DNA of 64,000 nt, taken from assembly GCF_009914755.1 (NCBI RefSeq), contig NC_060925.1; one strand, given 5' to 3'. Shown piece after piece: positions 36,464 to 49,263 of this stretch (position 1 is its first letter; every line of letters starts with the position of its first letter). The notes beneath the pieces were generated by a model that ran no database searches, was not told where the DNA came from, and saw nothing but the letters and a program-made list of their open reading frames with translations. The position numbers and the translations under genes were made by a program. Origin of the DNA: the human T2T-CHM13v2.0 reference genome, Homo sapiens.

Positions 36464-37535
36464 ATGCCCAGAGGAGGATATGGGACCCTTAGTGAGAGAG
36501 AGGTTGACTGAGCTGCCTTTTGCAAGCTTCACTGGGGACCTGTTTCCAGCATCACTTTTGGAGTCCGTGCCCCATCTGGCCAAGAACAGTGGGTACTCAA
36601 TGCTAGCCCTAAAGCCTTTCAGCAGAGGAGCTGAGCTCCCACTGCTGGAGGCTGGACTTCCAGATGCAAGCATCTCTTTGATTACTTTTTAATGAAAAAC
36701 AGATTTGAATCTAAACTGAAATTATATTGTCAGCAGTTAATTATCACTTGTCAAACAACTGTGTGCCCAGATTGCAGGTTTAATTTCCATATAGGTTTGC
36801 AAAATCCTCGTTCCTCTTATTTGATGAGGGCTCTCTGAGTAAGAGACACTCATTATTGAGATTTTTACTTTTTTTTTTTAGCAGTTTGTTGTTGTTGTTT
36901 TGTTTTTTTAATAAGTAGATTTCTTTGACATCTGTGTCTAAGGCTCTTTGCAAATAACAGGAAAAAAACACTCAATGATGTAATTTAAACAAAGAAAACT
37001 TGGAGAGGGGTGGGGGACCAGGCTCCAAAGGTATCTCTGAGAACTCAGACACCTAACACAGGCCTGGAACAAGGAGTTGAAACTCCCCACTGGGACAACC
37101 ACAGCTGCTCTGCCCACCCTTCTCTCGGGGGCTCATGATCTCTCATCTCAGGTTTGTGCATCTGTTTCAATCCTCTCCTTCTTCTTGGCATCTCTTCTGA
37201 TGGTGAAGAAATGGCCACCCCTCCTCTTTGAATAGGTGGCACACCATCTTGGTTGAGGACCTAAAAGACCTGAGTGCAAGTCCTGCCCTGACTCGCCAGT
37301 GCTCTTGGGCCAGTCCCTTATCCCCACAGAGCCACAACCTTGTGTGTGAAATGAGGCCAGTACCTGCCTTGCCGATGTGTTTTACGGATGAAATGGCACC
37401 ATCTAAGTAAAGCGCTTTGCACCTTCACAGTCTCATGGTGGGTTTTGGAAGGAAGGGTACCTGTGACTGCTTTTGTAGCTGTAGTGGCCATTATAATAGT
37501 AACAACAATACAGCCTCCTGAGCAGAGTGGAAGCC

Positions 37536-37892
37536 TGATGTGGTTTGGCTGTGACCACACCCAAATCTCACTTTGAATTGTAATAATCTCCACGTGCCAA
37601 GGGTGGGGCCAGGTGGAGATAATTCAATCATGGGGGGACGGTTTCTGCCATACTGTTCTCATAGCAGTGAATAAGACTCATAAGATCTGAAAATTTTATA
37701 AAGGGGAGTTCCCCTGCACAAGCTCTCTCTTGCCTGCTGCCATGTAAAATGTGTCTTGCTTCCCCTTCGCCTTCCACCATGACTATGAGGCCTCCTCAGG
37801 CATGTGGAACTGTGAGTCCATATAAACCTCTTCCCTTTATAAATTACCCAGTCTCAGGTATGTCATCTTTATTAGCAGCATGAGAACAGACT
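37536..37892 (+). mobile_element. THE1C solo LTR lacking its last few bases
   Basis: TGATGTGGTTTGGCTGTG..aattgtaataatc..gggccaggtggagataatt..gagaacagact; no right TSD. Confidence 0.9.
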
Positions 37893-39289
37893 GGGGAGAC
37901 AGAGATAGAAGATGCCACTGTCTCTTAGACTGTCTCTTAGATCCTCACTGAATTACCAAGAAACCAGAGCAGGTGCTGTGTGATCTCAGCCCTGAGCCAC
38001 GAGCCTCAGTTTCCTTGCCTGCAAGGTGGGGATAGTCAGGTCTACCTGGCAGCATCACTGCAGAGACAAAATGAGGTAACAGTGTCTGGCATGCAATAGA
38101 TGCTCAATAAACCCTCCTTTGTTTTCTGGCCCGGGGTCTTGACCATAAGATGGAACAGTGAGTACCCAATGAACAGAGAAAGAAAGGAGAATAAATCAAT
38201 GATGATTTTCTAATGGGACCATAAATCACATCACAGCTCAGCTTAGAATCCTCTCTGAGGCCTGGAACTGGAAGCTGGAAATTTTTTTAATTTTATCCCT
38301 TTGTTATTTGGCTGATATCTATTTTCTCCAGTTAAACTGGAAGCTACATCAAGCCAAGAACTGAGTTTCTGGTCATGATTCTCTCTCAAGCACCTGGAAC
38401 GGCATGTGGCACATGGAAAACATCACAAATACATTGAATGAATGAATGAGACAATACAAGTACTCATCTCAGCACCCGGAGCGGTCCATGTTCTCAGTAA
38501 ACATTATGCATGATCACCACCAACTTTCTAGAGCTAGGCATGACTGAACCTCAAGGTGGGGATAGGAGAAGATGCCAAGGATGGTGCAGGCAGGGTGGAA
38601 GAAGTTGGCCAGCTGCCAGGTCTGAGGGTGAAGGAGACTAGGAGGAGGCTTAGGGAGAGGAAGGGGTGGGTCTCCAGTTGTGGGGAGTTAATGCAAGGGA
38701 GTGACTCTGTGGTGCAGTACAAAGACCAGGTCTAAGAACAAGGACCCTGGGCCCAGCTCCATAGAATGAGACCAAGCACCTGCTCTCAGGCCTCAGTTTC
38801 TCCATATACACAGTCTCTGCAGCACCCCCAGCCCCAAAAGCCCTGAGTTTGTAATGAACATAGCAGCCCAAGTGCATTTTCAGCCAGAGCACAGAACTGC
38901 AGGGATCTGGAGTGATCCATGTTGGCCAAGGAGCCAGAGAGGGCAGTGTCTATGCCTGTCAGCTTCAGGGCATCTGTGGGGAGGGCAGGGCGAGGGCTTG
39001 GGGTAGGGGGCTGGTCAGCGCTGGAGGCAGAATCCATGCTCATCTCCCGGGAAAGTGAGGGTGGTGGCACCAGACTGGATTTGTAGATCTCATGGTCTCC
39101 AGTCTGGTCAACTCCACTGTCACCATCTCCCTCCACAGGGTTGAGGCAGGGAGCATCCCAGGGCCACGGATGCACACACACCCCCACTCCCTTTGCCTCT
39201 CCCTTTGGGGGGCAGCCTTGACCCCATCTCTGACTCTGGTTTCCTGACTTCCTTAGCCATGTCCGTGATTGAGCTGAGCCATGTCAGAC

Positions 39290-39630
39290 ACCAGGTCAAT
39301 AACCACGGATGAGTTCATAGGAAGATACGTTACTTAATATGAGCCAGTCAGAGCAAAGCCCAGGACTTCTCCATTCTGGTTGGGAGACACGACGCGTTCT
39401 GCTAAATGGGAAGGAGGAAATACATCACCCAAGTTGATGCTGCAACCACAAGAGAAGACAGACTGAAGATGAAGTTGATACTCTGGGAGGGAGAGCAGAT
39501 CACTGAAAAAATGCTGAGTCCTTGGTCACACAATCGGGTTTCTAGATCAGTCCTTGTCTGAGACCCAATCCAATTCTAGGCTTTATAGTTTAAGCTAGTG
39601 CATGTTGGATTTTCTGTTCCCTGAACTGAG
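39290..39630 (+). mobile_element. Old MaLR (MLT1K/L-like)
   Basis: gagccagtcagagcaaagcccaggactt..tttaagctagtgcatgttggattttctgtt. Confidence 0.55.
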
Positions 39631-39807
39631 CCTCAGCTCATGCTTCTGTAACAGGAAGAAGCCATTCCCTGTAGGCTCTGTTCTTCTCTGGCTCCATGGG
39701 GATTAAATGACATCAGAATCCCAGGAGCCAGCAGGTGCCCCAAGCCCCTGAACAAAAAACCTTCAAGAAGTGAAATTCAGGGAGTAGAATCAGGTATCAG
39801 TGTAGAA

Positions 39808-40235
39808 TCCATTCATTCTTTCATTCATTCATTCAACCAGTAAAAGTTAAGCAGCTAATATGTTCCAGGCCCTGTGCAAGGTGCAGGGTTGACCTCCAAG
39901 GGAAATAAGATGGACAAAAGGAACACAAAAAATAAAGAAGGAAATCAGTAAATAAACAAGACAATTTCAGAGGGTGCAAAGTGCTTGAAGAAAATTAAAC
40001 AGACAATGTGATAACAACTCAGGTGTTGGGGAGCAGATGCTTTGACCTGGGGGAACCAGGGAAGGCCACCTGGAACAGGTAGCATTTGGGCTGAAACCTA
40101 ATGATGAAGAGGCGCACTCATGCTAAGATCTAAGACAGAGCACTCCCAAAAGAAAGAACAGCAAGTGCAAAGGGCCCGAGGCAGGCACAAGCTTGTTCTG
40201 TTCAGAAAAAAATAAAAGGACAGTGGAGCTGACTC
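39808..40235 (-). mobile_element. L2a
   Basis: cattcattcattcaac tail; gaacagcaagtgcaaagggcccgaggcagg. Confidence 0.85.
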
Positions 40236-40249
40236 ATGTTAGACTGAAT

Positions 40250-40495
40250 AAGTTTTGAGAGCTGTGTATTATAAGCCAGTCACTAATCTAAGCACTTTGC
40301 TTGTGTTAACTAGCTTAATCTTCTCAACAAACCCACAAGATACGCCTCATTATCCCCATTTTACAGACGCTGATTATGAGGTTTAGAGAGATTTATTAAT
40401 TAGCTTACAGTCCAAGAGCTAGTAAATGGCAGAGGTTGGACTTGAACCAGGGTTTATCGATGCCAGAGCCGGTGTTCTCAACCACTACCCTACAC
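40250..40495 (-). mobile_element. MIR
   Basis: attatccccattttacaga..agctagtaaatggcagag..cttgaaccagg. Confidence 0.88.
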
Positions 40496-40965
40496 CACCT
40501 CCTTTGGGGAATGATGGTGACAGCCTTTCTGCGGGCTCCTGTGAGCTCACTGTGGCCTCCCTTGGCTCCTTACCCAGACAAGGGCCTTCTCACCACCTTC
40601 AGCCTCATGGTAAGCTTAGTGTGCAGGCCGAGTCCCTGGCAGGGAGGGCTGCTGTCTGGGGAGAAACCGTTCAATACTTGAGACCGTTACCAACTCACCA
40701 TCACGCTTCCTCTGTGCTGTGTCCTCCAAGCAGCTTCACCAGTAATGAAGGGAATTTTTTTTAATCTGCCTGACTCCTGTGTCTTTGTTTCCATTTGTTC
40801 CAAACTTGGGTGGGAAGGAGAAATGCCATGTATCGGCCCCTCAGTGAAGACAAGGAGGGTATAGCAGGGCTTCAGGTGAGAACTGAGAGGGGTCACACAG
40901 GGTCATGGCAGTGGGCGCAAACAAAGTAGGTCACTAGAGGGGAATCTAAGAGGAGAAACGGAGTG

Positions 40966-41772
40966 GATTGTGTGGGGTGTGCATGCATATGTGTGTGCAC
41001 ACGGGATGAATGTGTGCCTGCGTGCTTGTGTGCACATGGGTGTGTGTGAGTGGTGTGCATCTCTGTGTCTGTATGTGTCTGTGTGTGCCTGTATGTTTGT
41101 GTTTGACTCATGTGTCTCTGTGTCTATATGTGTCTGTATGAATCTGTGAGTGCAAATGTGTGTGTGTGTGTGCATGTGAGATGTGTGCCTATGTGCTTAT
41201 GTGTGCATTGGTGTGTATGAGGGGTATGTATGTATGTGTCTGTGTGAATCTGTGTGTGCCTCTATGTGTGTGTGTGTGCATGCACATGGGGTGGATGTGT
41301 GCCGGTGTGCTTGTGTCTGTATGAATGTTTGTGTGTGAGTCGTGTTTGTGTCTGTGTGTCTGTATGTCTCCGTGTGAATCTGTGTGTGCCTGTGTTTGTG
41401 TGTGTGTGTGTGTGTGTGCACGCATGTGGGATGAATGTGTACCCATATGCTTATGTGTGCATTGGTGTGTGTGAGTGGTGTGTATGTGTCTGTGTGTGTC
41501 TGTGAATCTGTGTGTGCATGTGTATGTATGAGTGTGTGCATGTGTGTGTATACATTGAATGAACGTGTGCTGGTGTGCTTGTGTCTGTGTGTTTGTGTGT
41601 GAGTCATGCATGTGTCTGTGTGAATCTGTGTGTGCCTGTGTGTGTGTCTGTGTGTGTGCACATGGGGTGAATGTGTGCCTGTGTCCTTGTGTGTGAATGG
41701 GCGTCTGTGTGTATCTGTGTGTGTCTGTACATGTCTGCGTGTGCTGTGCACATATGTGCACACCTGCATGCA
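40966..41772. repeat. ~800-bp complex TG-rich repeat with higher-order periodicity
   Basis: gaatctgtg landmark at 41140, 41246, 41376, 41504 and 41622. Confidence 0.92.
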
Positions 41773-42559
41773 CATACGGAGGATTCTGGGTGAAGCCACA
41801 GGGCTCACTAAAGCCGTGGACCCAGAAAACCCCCAACTCTAGGCTCGAGGCCCCAGTCCAGTGCTCTCTCCACTGCCCATGCTGCCCCCATTATGGTGAT
41901 CAAGGAGGGCTCTCCACCTCCGCCCCGACCCAGATCACCTTTCTCTCCATCTCCAGCTGTAATGGACATAAATGCTGCTCTAATTTCTCATCACTTCCTG
42001 CAATTTGCAAAATGGTTTCTTTGGTTTTTACAAAATGGGCTACAATGTCGCCTCTGCTCCCCTCCTTCCTTTTTCTGTTGTCTTGTCGTTAAGCAAAGGG
42101 AAGAATAACAAGTGATCAAGTATCATGAAGAAGAAAGGCAGCCGCGGAGCCTGAGGGAGATTACAGGGAAATGATGTGAGCAATCATTTAAGCAAATTCT
42201 ATTTTAACTAAGATGAGTTCAGTCCACTTCCTAATGCACCAGCCTCACCATGTCCTGTGATCCATGCTGGGTAAGGACGGCATGTGACCCAATTACTCAT
42301 GACTGCTGGGTGACCCGTCCAGCTCCACCACACATGTCAGGCTCATCTGCAGATGGCCTATGGCCTCTGGTTCCATTCTGATTGTCCAGGCAGCTGTGAG
42401 CAGAGCAGCCAGACGTTGTTCCCATCCTCCAGCAAATGCAGGGTTTGTTCCACACTGGCCCATGTCCTGTCCCCTGTCCCTGTCATTCCCTCCCTCACCC
42501 CACAGGGACCTCTTGCCTCCCAGCATCCTCAACAGATCCCCAAAGAGGCCGGGTCCCCA

Positions 42560-43425
42560 GTATGCTTAAGCACCTGCTGGATACTAAGTACAGAGCTCAG
42601 CGCCAGGTATGGGTAACTAAGGAAGACACAGGCTGTGCCCCATGGGTTTCCAGTCAACAGGACTGGCTAGATTAAAGCAGTAACTGCATGAAGAACCAGG
42701 TGTCATGAGATGAGGGCTAACAGGGGACCTGCACTCTTGAGGGAGGTGAGGTGGGCTTCCCACAGGAGACCTGAACGATGCATAGGAGTCAACCAGGTGA
42801 GATGTCATGGAGGATGCTCCAGGCAGAGGGAACAACATGGGCAAAGGCTCAGAGGTTTGAGTTGCAGAACACCTGTGTGACTGCATCATTCTGAAAGGGG
42901 AACTGTGTCAGGTGCTGAGGCTGTGGAGGTGGCAGAGCCAGGTCATGCTGGCTTTAAGGCTTCTCAGAGCTGGTGACATTGGGGAAAGGACTGAAAAGAG
43001 GGAGTGTGGCAGATGTAGGGAGAGCTTCCAGCTGAGGAAAGCATAGGGCAGAGCCTGGAGGCAGGAACTGCAAAGGCCCTGGTCCAGGAAAGATCTGGTG
43101 GGGCTGGAGGGGAATGGATGGCAGGTCAGGTGGGCCAAGGGGTGACAGGGCTGGAGACTGTGGGGGGATGAGGCTGGACTCTGCAGGCCAGGGTCACTGT
43201 CAGCTTGGATGCACCCCAGTGAGGCAGGAGCCCCAGGCCTTCAGAGCAGAGCAGAGATAGCTCCACCCTGAGTCTCACCAAGGTATGAGGGCTGCTGCAG
43301 GGAGAGTGGGTGGAGCGGGGACAGGGGCAGGAACCTGTCAGGATGCTGCTGCACCAGTCCAAGTATGATGACGGGGCAACCAGGGAGAGAGCCTGGAGAG
43401 GGAGAGGAGATATAGGGTCTGGTTT
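42560..43425 (-). mobile_element. L2 fragments
   Basis: ccaggcagagggaacaacatgggcaaaggctcagagg; ggatgctgctgcaccagtccaag. Confidence 0.7.
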
Positions 43426-43441
43426 ATGGAGGGAGGGGTGG

Positions 43442-43562
43442 TTTGTAGAAATAGGTCTCCTTATGTTGCCTAGGCTGGTCTCAAACTCCTGGACTCAAGC
43501 AATCCTCCTGCCTCGGCCTCCGAAAGTGTTGGGACTGCAGGTGTGAGCCACCACAGCCGGCC
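43442..43562 (-). mobile_element. FLAM/AluJ left monomer
   Basis: Single reverse Alu monomer. Confidence 0.88.
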
Positions 43563-43753
43563 CTGGCTTTACATTAAAGTCAAGCCAACAAGACCTGAGA
43601 ATTATTCACTCCATAAATACTTGGTATTATTAGTTTTTAAATTTTCGTACTATTTCACTCAGCATCTCCCTATAGAAATCTTTTCTAACAAAATAGAAAT
43701 TTAGAGGAAGATTTAAGAATGAAGCTAGCCACAGCAGTGTAATTTATGGCAGT

Positions 43754-43780
43754 AAAAAAAAAAAAAAAAAAAAAAAAAAA
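43754..43780 (+). repeat. A27 mononucleotide run within an old L1-like fragment
   Basis: Direct. Confidence 0.9.
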
Positions 43781-43934
43781 CAGAAACTTCAAATTTCAAA
43801 AGCAGGAGTTTAGGAGGACCATTAATCACGTGGACAATTTCCACAAACATACAACGCAATAGGAAACTCATCAGCCTGGAGTGTCAGGCAGGAAAGCCTC
43901 AGATCCGTATCTGCACATGGGAGGGCACAGCTGG

Positions 43935-44306
43935 GTCTACCAGTGTCCACTTCTTTTTCTGGGCCCACAGGGAAACAGCATCTCCCGTGGCCTTCACGTC
44001 AGGGTGGCCATGAGACTTGCATTGGCCAATCAAGTGTGAATAGAGGCAGCGAGTGTACCTTCCAGGTGGGAGCATCTATGAGTCAGCGCTCAGCTCCCCT
44101 GTCCTCCTTCCCTGTCACAGTGACTGAAGAAGCACATGTGGAGATGTTGACATCCTCAGACAGTGGAGCCTCCATCAGTGACAGTCCCTGCTGTCTGTGA
44201 TGCCTCCCTGCCAGTCAGAGGGGACATGTAGTAAGAGCAAGAAATTACCTTTGTTGTTTCGGGGGGTTGTTTTTGTGCCATATCCTAGACTATCCTGACA
44301 GCCACA
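43935..44306 (+). mobile_element. MLT1J-like LTR
   Basis: ggccatgagacttgcattggccaat..tggagcctccatcag..gacatgtagtaagagcaagaaattacctttgttg. Confidence 0.75.
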
Positions 44307-44954
44307 CCAATGTGAAAGCAATTATGAAAATAGATGCTAGTATAAGAAGAGAAAAGGGAATGAAAAACAAGGTATTAATAGGGGAGTACTACGAGTACTT
44401 TGGGAGGCAAGATACCAGATGAGTTATATACTCTCTTACATAAATGTCTGCACTTGCCAAATGCTTCACAGTAAGAATGCATGGCTGTGTCAAGGGGAAA
44501 GATCAATGTTATTAACAAGAACACCTGGGCCCCGGCCAAGGCCGTCCTCACCCCGGGCTGCATTTTTCTTTCCTTCATCTCGGGCTCCTGGTCCACTTAG
44601 CTTTTGTCCCCTGCAATTATCCCTTTATTATAGACCATTTTGTTCTCTAATTGTCTGCCCTGCATAATGTAGCATAATCATATTCCGTCTTGTTCTCAGA
44701 TATCTAATTTCGTGTCCCTTGGCCTCAGTTTCTTCATCTCTAAGTGCAGTGGTGGCAGAAAGGGAGATCCTGAGATGCTCCTGAGTGCCGCTGCTCCTTC
44801 AGGGCTGGGAGGGATGAAAGCGCCCTAGCAAGCTATGCTGCTTTACAGATGAGAATCCAAGGCGGAGAAGTGGGGAAATTTGCCCAAAGTTTCACCCCCA
44901 AGTGAGTCCTGAAAGTGCAATTTGAGCTCTGGAATCTGGCTTCAGCCGAGGTAC

Positions 44955-45110
44955 CCTCATCATATCCTCACAATATCCTTATGTGGTCAGTATTATGTGC
45001 CCATTTTACAGGTGGAAAAACTGATGAGGCTCACAGAGGTTCAGCCACTTGCCAAAGTCACACATTGAGTGAGTGCTGGAGGCTGAATCTGTATGTGGGG
45101 TCCAGGGTCT
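44955..45110 (-). mobile_element. MIR
   Basis: cccattttacaggtggaaaaactgatgaggctcacagaggttcagccacttgccaaagtcacac. Confidence 0.85.
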
Positions 45111-45264
45111 GTTCTGTTCTCACTGCTCAAATGGTGAGCGGTCCAGGTGTGGCCAGCACCCTCAAGGTGCAGGAGTTGACCACCCAGGTGCACTTGGGGC
45201 TGGAGAAATCACCAGCCCCAACACAATAGCAATAAGAAGGAGAACAGCCCTTGTCCCTGCAGCA

Positions 45265-45470
45265 TGTGCTGGTGGTTGCTAAGCCCGTGACATGCATGAT
45301 CTCTCTGATTCTGGCCCCACCCCATAAGGCAGATGCTGTGATTACCAACTCACACGTGAGGGAACCGAGCTCAGAGAGTGAGGTTAACTTACCCAAGGTC
45401 TTATAGCAAAATAGTGGCAGAACCCAGGCTGGAACCCGAGGCCTATGGTCTAACCAGCAGCCACACTGCC
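45265..45470 (-). mobile_element. MIR
   Basis: gagggaaccgagctcagagag..acttacccaaggtc..gtggcagaacccaggctggaaccc. Confidence 0.75.
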
Positions 45471-47059
45471 TCCCTCCACCTGTGCCTGGGCTTGGAGACC
45501 ACTGATGGGATCAAGCTTTCCCTTATCTGGTCAGGATCTGGAATGAGAATGCAGAAGCCCCACAGAGGTGAGCGCAAGGGCTCCAGGTTTGGAAAAGGGA
45601 GGAGGGAGCCTGGACCACAAACGGCCACCATGCCGGGGGCCTGGAAGCCAGGCCTGCCATGGGCAGAGAGGGATAGCACTGTCTGCCCACGTAAGCCTGG
45701 AGGAAGTCACTGTGTCACCTTGTCATTGAGGCCAATGCCATTATCTGGGCTGACCAGGGCCTATCAGGCATAGCTGGGGTGACTGGCAGCTCTTCAGCGG
45801 GCAAGGCCCTGACTCACCATGAGTCCCAAATCCAGCAGGAGTTTATCACCCAACCTAATTGTTCTAATTGCCATTGTCATGGCTGATAACATTAGGTGAC
45901 AGCCACAGCCATAAACTCAGAAAGTCTGAAGTGGGCCCCGGAGAAGGGAGAGGCCTTGAATGGTTTGGAGGGAGCTTAAAAGGGGAGCAGTGCAGTAACT
46001 TGAAGCCCTGGGCAGACTCAGGCTGGGGGCAGTCACAGAGTCACAGAGATTACACTCACCAAAGGTGGGAGTTAGAGACTATTGAACACAGTGAAAGAAG
46101 AAGTTTTGGTTGTCGGACAGAGAGATGCATGACACTAAGAGAGTAGAATTGTCAAGATCACAAAGTAAGGGTCACAAAACAGCAGAATGCCAGGTGTGAG
46201 CATGGTACACTATTGAGATGCTTAGAACATGGCAGAACCTTGGACACAGCTTGTCAGCATCTTGGGCTTAGGAGGCCAGAGTGGTGTGAGGAGCCAATAG
46301 GAGAGGCTTCCAGAGAGGCCTGGATCTAAGTCTTGGTTCTGCCAATGATTAGCTCTGGGACCACTGCCTTGCTCCATCTAAAAACTGGGGAAATTAAGCC
46401 CCCCTCATGGAGTAGGTGAACCTGAAATGGCAAGATGGGTGGGTGGTGCTTAGCAGCTAAGCACTGGGTATGAAATAGGCATAGATGTTCTGTTGTATTT
46501 TACAAAGCGTATACGATTGGGGTGTGTTGGGGGTCAGGGTGGCAGGGCTGGAAGTAATCCTCGGAAATCACACAAACTGTAGACTAGGGCACTCACTGCA
46601 TGCTTCCCGTTGGAATTACCTGGGAGTTTTAAATCATGGATTCAAAAGGGCCCCTGAGACAAGGCTGTGTACAGGAGCGGCCCTGCCATGGGGCCCCAGC
46701 TCCCTTATTCTCTCCATATTGACCCTGTAGGCAAGACTGAACTGCCACTGATCCAAGTCTTGGCAGAATGCCTGTGAACCCTGGGAACATGAGAGTGGCT
46801 GCCTTAGGGTGCAGATGCAGGCTGTTGACTGCTTAGCCACAGCACGGATCAGCTTCTCAGCAACAGATCACCCCACTGCCCACGTCGCGGTGTCATCGGG
46901 CCCCCTCTGTGTTCAGGTCATCCCGTGGGCCATGGGACATGGGGGGCTGTCACTTTGCTGACCTTGCTTTTACTGGCTATTCAAGTCATAAGCTGCCTGA
47001 ATCTAAAGAGAGCTCAGTTTTTGTTTGTTGTTTCTTTACCGACCAAATCTATCCCCTTC

Positions 47060-47165
47060 CTTAGGAAGCCATGTCTGTTTTGCTGTCTTTTGCATCCCTA
47101 GCGTTTAGAACAGAACCGAGCGTGTAGTAGATGCTCAACAAATATTTACTGAGTAGATAAACAAA
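47060..47165 (+). mobile_element. L2 3' end
   Basis: gcatccctagcgtttagaacag..gtagtagatgctcaacaaatatttactgagt. Confidence 0.8.
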
Positions 47166-49263
47166 GCACTGAAGCTTAAGAGGCAGGAGCAGTGGCAGCT
47201 GTAGCCTTGGAGGAAGTTAAAATCCTCACGCTGTGAGCCCTGCACCTCCATTTCCCAGTTGTGAAATGGGGTCTCGGCACCAGCCTGTGTCACAGAGAAT
47301 GACCTACAGTGTGGCTTTGCAGGGAAATCTGTTGTTTAATCAAATCCCATTCAGTCGGTCCTGCCAGGGGTTCCCAAAGGGAAGTGGAGCAATGGTGGGG
47401 CAGAGTGAGGTGAGGTCTGATCCGGGAGATTCCACAGGCTGGGATAAGGGAGTTTGGATTTTTCCACCAAGCAATAAGGAGCTGTTGGTGTCTCTGAGCA
47501 GGGCAGGGTTGAGAATCTGAGGAACCCCTGGGAGGGTGCTTGTTGGGGATGCAGCTGGCAGCTTAGCCTAGACCGGCTGATCTGAGCCTCAGGGGCCGGC
47601 ACATGGCAGTCCATCTTTTTAAACCTCCCCAGATGATGCTAATGAAGCCAAATCTCAGGTCAACATTTGGCAACTGTCACTATGGCTGATTCTTCTAAAT
47701 TCTGCTAGGGATCATTTCAGCCAGGGAGGGACAGGAAGGGAAGTGGAGGGAAGGATGAGGCAGGTTTCTCACCGAAAGTATCATTTTGATAAAGGAGAAG
47801 CAACCTGGTCCCTGCTGGTGACAAAAACATTGCTTTGGATCCACTGAAATTGCTGTCTTTACATGTCAAAATGGTTATCTGTCAGCTATTTTATGTGATG
47901 GTTATACCAAATAGGTCCATTTCTGCTGTTGCTAAATTTGTTTATACTGAGGGAGTCAGAAATAGCTGAGCCCCTGGGAAATGAATCTTTTCTGATAGGG
48001 TCCCCATCTGATGACAGACCATCACCCTAAGAGGACTGAGTCTGTGTCATCCCCACCCCTCTTCCCCTGTCCCCAGTACTGGGTTCTCAGCCTCTGCCCA
48101 GAACCTGGGAGTGGGGGTTTCATTCCTCCCGTCCCCAGGGGGAAGGGAGCTGCTCCCCACTGCTCCCTAATGCAGCTCATCTGTCCTCGTCTCCACCCAT
48201 GAGGCCTGGCAGTCTGCTCCCACCCCCGGCCCCCGCCAGCCTCTCCTTCCCTGAGCCCGCGCTCTGCTCCACGCAGGCTTGGTTCAGATCCTCCAAGTCA
48301 CTGCACCTCTCCTGCTTCAGAGCCCTCACACATGCTGTTTCCTCTGCCTGAATCCACTGCCCCCCCAACCTTCACAAACTAGGAATCCAAGAGCGCCAGG
48401 AAGGCTGACAAGGACAGCAATTCGGCAGTTCTGCATGGGGCCAATAGCAGTGACAGCGGAGGCTTCCCCAGCAGAGCTGGGCTGCAGGCTTCGGGTCCCA
48501 CTTGGTGCCCAAGCTCACATTATGGTGCTGGGGAGAGACCTCAAGCAGCTGTTAAACTGTGGTGTGCCCGTGGGTGTATAATTGTGGAAGTGGGTTTTGC
48601 ATATTTTGATAAATTTATAAATATGGAATGTAATTATCCCTCATTAGCATATGCTTATGTTCTACATAATTGTATCCTGTTTCACAAAAAAGTGCGAGTT
48701 GCCAGTTCACAACCAAGACACGGTGTCACCAGCTTGACCGTCGTGCGTCCCCACCACTGCTGACACAGAATGTATCCATTCATCATCCTGGGCAGGAGGG
48801 CCACTGAGACAGTGGCAAATCTCCCCATGTCACAGGCAGGTCTAGGGCCCTGGAGCCCAGGGAGGGACAGACAACAGGGTTGGGAGAGCAATCGGCCCAG
48901 CCACTGGCCTGGATCCAGGGTGGAAAGGGGTCACCTGGGCAACTGCCTGTGCCAGGGTCCTGCAGTAGGTCAGAGCATAGCAGCTGGAATCTGAGCACCC
49001 TGGAGCCCCACCTGCCCTCACTCCACCTGGGTTCCCCTTCCTGAGCCTCGGTTTCCTCTGATGTAAAATGAGGATGAAAAGGGCTCTTTCCTTGGGCAGC
49101 TGTGAGGATTAAGTGAGCGAGTGCAAGTACACGGTCCCCAGCACGCGTAGGAAGTGCTCGCACCTATGAACTGATATTCCTGCTGTTGTCACCCCCAGGA
49201 CTGCTACAGAGAGGGCACCACGGGCCACTTTACAGATGAGCCTCATCCCCGCAATAGCTGACA

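Noticed and set aside
40893-41842. His/Thr- and Cys/Val-rich ORFs
   Set aside because: Translations of the TG repeat.
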